DNA of 64,000 nucleotides from a virus: IMG/VR virus record IMGVR_UViG_3300021962_000031; one strand, written 5' to 3'. Under the pieces are notes generated by a model, which was given only the letters and a program-made list of their open reading frames with translations, was not told the origin of the DNA and did not search any database. A program made the translations under genes and the position numbers. Shown in pieces: positions 1 to 9,800 of the stretch (position 1 is its first letter; each line of letters starts with the position of its first letter).

Positions 1-2
1 AA

Positions 3-737
3 GTCTACAACAAGGCTTTTCGGGATGCCGTTGAGTCCGGAGCCATTCTTCGGGCCAAAATTGAGTCGGTGATGCGGGAACAAAAGCTTTGGGACGATGC
101 CAAAGAGGCAGGACTCCGCAAGCTGCAAGGCCAGATCGCCGAAAAAGAGCGCAAAATACGCAGCGGTGGCATCAAGCTCTCGGAGGCCCGAGAAATGGCC
201 ATCCAGCTTCGCCGGGATCGTGATGAACTCCGTGCCCTCAATTCCGAGCGGATGAGCCTGGACAACAACTCCTGTGAGGCTCAGGCCGACAACGCCCAGT
301 TCAACTTCTTCGTGTCGGCGTGTACTGTTCACGCCAACGATGGGAAGCCCTATTTCAAGTCCTACGAGGACTACATGACCAAGGAGGATGACCCCGCCGT
401 TGGACCGGCCGCATCCGCTTTGGCCAAGATCATTTACAACCTGGAAGACGACTACGAGAAGAAGCTGCCTGAAAACCAGTTTCTCCTCAAGTTCAAGTTC
501 GCCGATGACAGCCTCCACCTCATCGACAAGCAGGGCCGGAAGATTGATGCCGATGGCCGACTTGTTGATCAGGAGGGCCGGTACATCAACGAGGCCGGGG
601 AATATGTGGATCGGGAGGGGAACCGGGTGGATGCCGATGGCAACTATCTGGTGGATGAAAAGCCCTTCCTAGACGACGAAGGAAACCCGGTTTTGACCGA
701 AGTTTCTACCTCCACCCCGGCTCCCGCCGCGGTGTAA
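3..737 (+). CDS. Putative tail assembly chaperone / phage protein upstream of the tape measure gene (5' partial)
   Basis: Frame is open from the window edge (VYNKAFRDAVESGAILRAK...) to TAA at 735-737; helical, with C-terminal D-x-x-G repeats; function inferred from position before the TMP. Confidence 0.5.
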   Translation, partial: VYNKAFRDAVESGAILRAKIESVMREQKLWDDAKEAGLRKLQGQIAEKERKIRSGGIKLSEAREMAIQLRRDRDELRALNSERMSLDNNSCEAQADNAQFNFFVSACTVHANDGKPYFKSYEDYMTKEDDPAVGPAASALAKIIYNLEDDYEKKLPENQFLLKFKFADDSLHLIDKQGRKIDADGRLVDQEGRYINEAGEYVDREGNRVDADGNYLVDEKPFLDDEGNPVLTEVSTSTPAPAAV

Positions 738-762
738 TTCCTGTTGAACCGGACAGGCTTTG

Positions 763-813
763 CGGGCGGTGGTCTCTTCTCCTTCGTGAGGTAGGGCCGC
801 CGCCCATTTATTT
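763..813 (+). terminator. GC-rich stem-loop with T-rich tail between chaperone and TMP genes (possible attenuator/terminator)
   Basis: gggcggtggtc...ggccgccgccc pairs using G-U, followed by atttatttt. Confidence 0.35.
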
Positions 814-825
814 TGCGGGGTTAAT

Positions 826-3800
826 ATGTCATTTGATATCACAGGACAGCTAAATCTACGCCTCGCATCCGGGGCAATCCGCAATATTGCCAACGAAATT
901 AACACGGGCCTTCGTGGCACAACCCGTGGCGTGTCCGTCCCTGTTCGGGCTGACATGAACAATATACGGGCGGTAAAGGAGGCAATCAGCGGAGCTGGCA
1001 CGGCCCTCGACAAGTTTGCTCAGCAGTCCGGTCTGGCATTTAAGCGTTTTGCAGCTTTCAGTTCGGCAGCAGTACCTTTTATCGCAGTAGCATCTGGAAT
1101 TCGCAATGCTGTAACTCAAGCCATTGAATTTGATAGGGAAATGGTTCGTCTTCGACAGGTGAGCGTTGAATCTGCATCAGAAGTGGCTCAGGTTGGTCAG
1201 GAAGTCACTCGTTTGGCTACGGCCTATGGTGTTTCCAGCAAAGAACTGATCAAAATGGCTGTGACATTGAAGCAAGCAGATTTTAACATCTATGAAACAA
1301 GAGATGCTCTTGAAGCTTTAGCAAAATCTGCCCTTGCCCCCAACTTTGATTCGATGGCTCAAACCGGTGAAGGTGCCATCGCTGTAATGAAACAGTTCCA
1401 AATCCAAGCAGCCGACCTAGACAAAGCTATAGGCTCAATGAATGCGGTAGCCGGAGCTTTTGCTGTCGAAGCAGGCGACTTGATTGAGGCCGTCCGAAGG
1501 ACGGGTGGCGCATTCAAGGCTACCGGTGGCGATCTCAATCAATTGCTTGCTTTGTTTACTTCTGTTCGTCAAACGACTCGCGAATCTGCTGAATCTATCG
1601 CAACCGGCTTGCGAACCATTTTTACTCGCATCCAGCGCAACGACACGGTAAACGCCCTAAAAGAGTTTGGCGTGAATCTCCGTTTCACTCGCCAGGAAGC
1701 CGAGCGGGCAGGAGACTTAGGTCTCACCAACCAATTTGTCGGGGCATATGAGGCCATTCGGAGACTTTCATCTGCGTTAACTCAGCTTCCAGAAGCCGAT
1801 CCGAGATACAGTGCTATCGTTGAAGATTTGGGCGGTTACCGGCAAATTTCAAAAGTGATTCCATTGATTCAGCAATGGTCAACGACCGAGCGAGCTTTGA
1901 TGGTGGCTGAAGCTGGTCGAGTAAGCCTAACTGTCAATGCTTCACAAGCAACAGAATCATACGCCAATCGATTAACTAAACTTCAAGAAAGTTATCTTTC
2001 GCTTGGGCGTTCCTTGATGGATAGCAATTCTTTCAAGGTAGCATTTTCTGGCTTTGAATCTCTTGCTAAAGGCATGCTGATGGTTTTAGAGGCGGCAAAG
2101 CCACTATTGCCCATGCTTACCGCAATGGCTTCAGCCAAATTAATTCAAAGTATTGCTCCAGTAGCGGCCAGATTCTATCAAGGAGTGACCTACAGCGATA
2201 AGGGTTCTCTATTGGCCCGCAATCAGGGTGGACCTGTTGGCTTTGCGTCTGGCGGTTTGGTTCCTGGTGTTGGCGACAAAGATACCGTTCCTAGCTCCAT
2301 CCCATCCGGCTCGTTTGTGGTTCGTAAATCTGCCGTTCAAAAGTTCGGTTCAGAAAATCTAGCTAGGCTTGGCAGCAAAGCAAATGTGATGCTGACGCCT
2401 GGCGAATATGTCTTCACTCCTGACCAAGCCAAGAAGATCGGTGCCCCTAGCCTCAATCAGATTAATCGCAATGGGAAATTGCCTGGTTATGCTTTGGGCG
2501 GGTTGTTCGACTATGTGAAATCCTACTTCGGCTCCCCCTCGTTGCCGGACGCCAATCAGACGGCTGCCCGCCCAACGGTTCGCTTGATCGACCAGATTTT
2601 GAAGCAAGGCAAGGACCCGAACAAAGAAGCCAAATTCCAGCAGTATGCTAGTCGCCTACAGAAAGAGGCGTTCAAATCAGGTAATTTTGCCGACTTGGCA
2701 AAAGTTATTCCTAGTTTGGCTGACACAAAGGTTGAATATGGGGTTTCATCAAAACCTCTAAGTAAAGCATACGGATTTGTTGACGCAAATGAACAAAAAA
2801 ATAAAGTATATATAACATCTAATTTGAAAAATGCACCGAACCCTTTGAGTACTGTTGTTCATGAAATGGCGCATGTTGCAGACCTAGCGGCTGGCCGAAA
2901 AATAGCTGGCAAGAAAACAGGTCGTAACTTTCTGTCTAATCAAGAAGGAACAGAAACAAATACTATCATTAAAAAATTGGCTCCGTTGTTTGAAAAAGGC
3001 TTGATGGGAATGGAGCCTGACGAGTTTAAGAATACGGGCAAAAACAAACAAGACTATATAAAATATCGCCTTCAACCACACGAGATTCTGGCCAAATCTG
3101 TCCAGGCAATGTCTTTGGAGAATCCTCTGGATGCCTTCAAGGACATGCAGGGGGTGACCAAAAAAGAACAGGCACAGCTGTTGGCTTTGGTTAAGGAGGT
3201 GGATCAGACCTTTCGTAAAGAAGTTGTCGAAAAAATGGGGGCGACCCAGCCAAAGGCTGACTCTGGGCCAACAAAGAAGGTTGAAGAAGCCAGAAAGAAA
3301 GTTGCATCTGTTGGCAAACAAATTAAGGATGCAGCCAAAAAAGTAAAAACACCGGATTCAGAACCAGTACCTGTTGCGGTTGCTGAACCAGCTGTCCAGC
3401 CCATGAGCAGGGAAGAGCGTCTTGAGTACCTCAAACGGCGTAAGGCCGAAATGGACGCAAAGGCAGAAGCAGACGCCAAACGCGATGTCCGGCAGGCCAT
3501 GCGCGATGAAGGAATTGCTCCCGCCCGTGGAAAACGCAAGAAAAAAGAAGGGCTTCCGGCCAAACCTGAAGTCATTGTAAAAGAACCGATCAGGGAAATT
3601 CTCAGCAACGAGAAAACGCCTGGTGGCACTTTTCCAGAAAACTCTCAGGGGTATTTGGCGGCTCACGCCATAACCGAGAGAATGAATCAGGGACGCGCAG
3701 AACGCCACAAAGCTGTTTTGCCTACAGGTGTTGCTGCTAGTGAATTGGCAACTGTTTCAATAAGTAAGGCTACCGACAAAATAACCGGCACCCGTGTTGC

Positions 3801-6800
3801 GCCTCCAGGCCTTACTAGAGAAGATCGTAAGCGTTATGAAGCTTATAGCTCTAAGGTATATGCCGAATTAAAAGAAGCAAGGTATTGGGGATTTAATTCC
3901 GTCAAGGAATATCGAGAGTTTAATGATTATTTTGGTAGGTTAGATGGTAGTGGACCTCCTGGTAAAGGCTCAATTCCTACTGGTGGTGGTGGTGGTGGTG
4001 GTGGTGGTGGTGGTGAACCTCCCAGCCCAACTACTCCTTCTGATGTGTCACCCGGCTCTCCTCCACCGCCCCCTAAAAAAAGGCGTGGTTACGCTGCTTT
4101 TAAATCTGAAATGAAATACCGGGAACTCATCGAATCGGCGATGAAGACTGGCAATCAAATTGGTGCTTACTCTACCGAAATGCCTCAATTTTCAGGCGAT
4201 CAGTCGATTAAGTTTTTGGGCGAACTGCGTAAAATGGGCGGTTATCGACCTCAAATGTTGCAGGAGTCTATTGAGCAGAATTTGCGCACCAACAATCCTG
4301 GCATGAACGAGAAAGGGATTCAGAAGGTCGCTGCGATGCAGACGACCCGCATCATGAAGGCAGCTGAACAGGTTAGTCGTGCCCAGGAGCGTCTTGGTCA
4401 AGTTAGCAACATTCGTGAGCAGGCAAATAGTCGAGCTGGAGACATAGATCAATATTTCCAGTTGAGTCGCAGCATCAATCGACTTCAAAAAAGGGCAGAT
4501 TTTGATCCCGAAGCTGTTGCTGAAGCAAAAAGACTAACTGCAACTCGTCAAGAAGTCGCAAAAAGAATTGCAGACAACGAAGGAATTGATTTTTCAGAAT
4601 TAGGAAAGGTTAGCAAGTCGGGTCGTGTGTCGGCCACAAAGTCGGCCCGAGACCTCCTTAAAGGATACCGTTCTGGATACGAGAGTGATGCCCGCGGCGC
4701 AACAGTAGAAGAGGCTCGACAAAGGGCTATTTTGGAAAAGAACCAGGAGAAACTGCAAGGCGTTGGCATATCTACTTCAATGGATGCTTCTGGCCAAGTT
4801 AAGATTAATTTCCGCGGAACTGATTCAGCTTATGGTGCCGGGACCATTCCTCCGCGCGCAAATATTAATAAAAACAATTTGGGCAAAATCCTGAACGATG
4901 AAGTTCAGAAAATTTATAATGCTATTGATCCCGCTGGTCGTGGGAAAAATATCAGCGATATTCAGAAAAAAGATATTTCTGAAAACGCCAAAAATAATGT
5001 TATGAAAAATTATGTTGATAATGTTAGCTTACAAATTCAACAACAATATAAAATTAAAGATGCTGAGTCGGCCAGGCTAATTGCGACTCAAAAATTTGAA
5101 CATGCACTACGAAGCGGCGCAGAAATTGTTGTTAAGAACAATCAAATTTTTGATGCAGATGCCCTGAAGCAAGGTTATAAGGGTGGTTTAAGACAAAAAT
5201 TTGCCAATGTTTTTTCTTCCACGCAAGGCGCACTAGGTAATGCATTTTCTTCTCAGTCTGGCTTTTTGGGCGGTCAAGTAATTGCTAGTTATGTGTCGAA
5301 CGCATTGTCTAATCTTGCTGGTAGCGCAGACAATGCGGCCGCCAACGACAGAGGCGGTTCTTATAAGGCAGCCAGAGTTTTAAGCGGCGGATTGTCGGGT
5401 CTTGTGACTGGCGCACAGATTGGTTCTGCTTTTGGGCCACTTGGTGCCGGAATCGGTGCTGCAACTGGTGGACTTTTTGGGCTGGTAAATTCATTCAAAG
5501 AAGCTGCTCAAGAAATATCAGATGCAAAAATTGGATTGGCACTCAAGAAAACTACGGATGCACTTTCCAATTTCGCCAAAGGTACTTATGCACTCACTCC
5601 TCAAAATGCCAAGACAATTGATACTAATTTTAACACAATTGATCGTGAAATAGCCGCTAAATCTGGAAGAAATACATCTTACCTTTTTGGTTTGGTTTCT
5701 GGTTCTCAAGAAAATTTTCAGACAGAATTAACCAAAAATATGCGAGAATCAATGGCTGGCCAAGCCACTTCTATGATGGATGCTCTGACTAAATTGATCC
5801 AAGATCAGGCTGTTCGTAATGTGGGAAATGCCGATATTCAAGATATGGCATCTATTCGTAAAGATTTTGATTTAGCACTTGCTCAAAATGGAGGAATAGG
5901 TTCTCGACTCTTTTCAAGAGTTGCTACGGCCACGGAACAAGACCCTGAAATGTTCCGAAAAACCTTGCTTGACATGTTTCAAAGGTCTAAAGAAAGCGAA
6001 GTCTTAAAAAGAAGGCAGCAGACATCAGAAACAGAAATCAATCGATCCACAGCTACATTTGGCGGTTTGTCTTCTGCTGTCGAAGTTGCCACTCAAAGAT
6101 TAACGAGGATGACTACATCCTTGAAGAATGTGTCGGATTTCATGGACGGCAGCATCACTCCATTTTCCGGTTCTGGTTTGACAGAAGCCCTACAAAGACC
6201 TCTTGGTTCTGACCGCGAAGATTTTATGGGCGCTGTTAGGTCTATTACCAAAACTGCCGGTGTGGCTGGTGGAGATGTCGAAAAAACAGCTGACGCTGTC
6301 ACCGTTGCCGGAAGACTTTTGCCAAGCATTATTAATGCCGTGCGTTCTCAGCCCGTCGCCAATTTGGCCACAGGGGCTGACATTAGTGTGCAAATAGGTG
6401 AAAATCTCAGAAAAGGTTTAGCCGCTCGCGGTATTGATAACACTTCAGCAGCCATGGTTACCAACATGGTCTCAAGCCAGTTGGGATCAGAAGATTTTAG
6501 CAAAATGCTTCGTGAGACTGGCCAGGACATGGGCAAGTTGATTCAGAAGCTCCTAGGACCAATGGCAGAACCGCTCAAGCAATCCTTTACGGAAATTGCT
6601 AAAAATCTTGATGAACGCGGTCGTATGTTTGCAGAAGGCTTGTCTGAACTCGCCAATAGAACGCGTGCTGTCGGCGAGTTGATGGACAAAGCCAATATGG
6701 CAGAAATTGCTTCGGTGCGTAATCGGATTCAATTTGGTGTCAGGAGACGCCTGATTTCTGAAGATGCAGCCGATGCTGGCTTATTTAACGCAAGCCAAAA

Positions 6801-9800
6801 CTTACAACGGGCAAGACAAGAAAGACTGACTGGTTTTGGCGGCCCAGGCTCTGGAAACCCTCAATTTATAGCCAGCGCAATGGGTGGTGTTTTTGATGAC
6901 ATTCGTCGAACAGAAGAGCGAATTTCTCAAGCAACCAAAGGCGGAAATATCGCTGAACAGAATGCGGCTGCTATCCAATTGTCTTCTCTTAAAACCAAAG
7001 CGGCAGAACTCGGTCAAGCCTTGAAAAATCTTACGGATGTTTCCGAAAGAACATCACAGGCTCAAGAAAAGCTTTCAAAAATACAATCTGACCGAGAAGG
7101 CAGGCAAGCTCTTGGTCTTCGTTACGCTACAGCAAACACAGAGGGCCGAGCGGAAATAGCTTCTTCTTTTAGGTTGTTATCTGCTGCGGCTCAAATGGGT
7201 ACTGCGGCTACTTTTTCAACCAAGCAACAAAATCAAATCTTCAGTCTACTTTCTTCGTTGTCGCCCCAAATGAAATTGCCTGGTTTGGGTGGTATCAATG
7301 TAAAAGATTTGACTTCTCAATTAATGAAAACTACTTTTGGCGGAGCATTTGATCTTGACCCACAAACGGCTGCTCTTGAGCGGGCTTTAGATAATTTCGT
7401 TCAATCAAATTATGATGTCGCAGTCGAGGCATCTCGTCTACAGGTAGAGATGCAACAGAAGCTGCAAGCTGATTTCTTTTCTAGGCTTCAAAACGGACAA
7501 CAAACCTTCATAAATGAACTTTCTAGAGTTATGATGGAAAATCAAAAACTCATGCGAGAAAGTCTTCAAATGCAGGCGCAAAGTCGCCTTGAAGGTTTGG
7601 AAAAACAAGTTGGTCAATCTTCAATGCTTGGAAAAATCGGAGTTTCGACTGACGATCAATTCAAGGCTTTGAGAGATACATTGAATGATCCAAAAAATAA
7701 AAGTATTGATACTATTTTTGAGTCGGCAAAAAACCAAAGAATTGTGCAAGGCAAAACAGAAAAAGCATTAGATAACACAAAAAGTTTTGTGGATGATATA
7801 ATTGCTTTAGCTGGAAATGACTATGCTAGAGGGACAGCAAAAAGCGATGTTTCTGGAATTTTGATGAACAAATTTGGCGATATGGGATTTACTTCTCCTA
7901 TCGATCAAAAAAAATTGATGTCTTTGTTTTCCGAAAATTTAGACGAAAAAGCTGGCTATTTGTCAACCATTGGTGGAAACAAAGAGAACATCGCTGAAGC
8001 ATTTCGTTATGCAATTACCACATTTCAAAGAGAATCTAATGATCGAAACAACACCGACATATTGCAAGCCGGAAAAGATTTGCGTAACCAAGGCACTATT
8101 GATAACAAGATAATAGACAACATTATTCGGACAGCAAAAGAAAACGCAGATAATATTACTGTCAAAACATTGCGTGAATCTGTTTCTGCCGTAGGTAGCA
8201 CGAATAAGAAGTTTTCAGAGTTAAATGGCGCTCTTGACCAGGCTCGTCAACAAGTTCAGGGATTTGCTGAAGTCTTAGCTGTTAGGCCTGAAGGAAGAGC
8301 CAACGGCGGTATGATTCGTTATTTTAATAAAGGTGGTTGGGGTTCTGGCGGTAGTCTCAGCCCTCACTCTTCTGACACCGTAAACGCCAGAATTAATCCT
8401 AATGAATTTGTTGTTTCGGCAGGGCCTGCTCAAAGAAACAAAAAACTTTTGGAGCAGATAAACGCCGGTTATGCAAATGGTGGAGCAATTGAAGAAGCCA
8501 AACAAAATATTGGAAACGCTCAAAAAAATATTGGCGCAAGTACTGAAGATATTATAAATCCCGTTAAAACTATGGAGGCCGCCGAGCAAGCTCGCAAAGT
8601 AGCTCGCGCAAATTCACAAATTCTTTTCCTTCTTCAAATTAAAAACATGAACCCTGATGAGCGGTTCAAATTTGTCAACAAACAAAAAGATTGGATCAAA
8701 TCAATTTCTGGGAAAGAGACAGGCGATCAACTTGGTATCAAAGATGCTCTTGCTCAATTAATGTCAATCGAAGATCAAAAAAATAAATCTTTGAACTTTC
8801 GTGATCTTGAAAATTATCATGTTGGCAAAAGAAAAATGGGAATTGCAAAAGCAATAAAAACTTTTCCGACTAAAATTGCAGTTGATATTCCAGAAATATA
8901 TCAAGCATTAAAAAAGTTTATGGAAGCAGGAAAAGAAGCTGAAATATTTACAAATAATGTCAACGATAAATTCCGAATCGGAATTGGTTCTAGTTTGAGC
9001 GAAGTAATTCAATCAGAACCAGATTTGAAAAGACATTTATTCCTTAATAATGTTGATCGCATGGCGAATACTCTAAACGAAGATGGCACATTAAAACTTT
9101 TGGGTGACATTGATCCTCTTCGCAGAGAATATGAATCTCTTTGGACTGATACAAAAATATATGCTAAAACGGCAAAAGATTGGACATCAAGTGTCATTTT
9201 TGCAAATGACTATAATGAAATTGGAAACTTGCCTACAATTGGCGATTTGCAAGAAAAAGAAAAACGAAACATTGACAAAAAGATTCTTCAAAAGCATTAT
9301 CCTCCTGGAATTTTTGGCAAAATTTATGGCGATGCCCTTCAACGCTTAGCAATTACTGCTCCGAATGAATTTTCTGGAGACATGGATACATGGGCAAAAA
9401 AAACAGAAAAAACCAAAAAACTTGGTCTAGATTTTGATTTTGAAAAGACGATTTCGGCTCTTATTGATAAGGCTCAAAATGATTTAGTAAATCAAAAAGC
9501 AGAAGTTCAAAAGCTTGCTAAAGCTAATGACTTGGTAAAAATAATTCAGCAAGGACGAATTGGTTCATTGCAGACTCCAGAACAAGGCATCGCCAAGATT
9601 TTTGAAGAGCGCAACAATGCTCAGTTTGGCCCCAAACAAGATATGGAGTTGATGAAGCTCCAGCTTATGGCCATGGAAGCAGACGCTTTCAATAAATTAA
9701 ACCCTGGCGTTCAAACAAAACTTTTGGAGATGAAAAGGCGTCGCATCCTTGAAAACAAATTGAGTCCTGCCGAGCAAGCCCAAATGGCTGCTATGGGTCT

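Noticed and set aside
388-825. Programmed frameshift product of the tail chaperone
   Set aside because: No convincing slippery site with a downstream open frame before the TMP start
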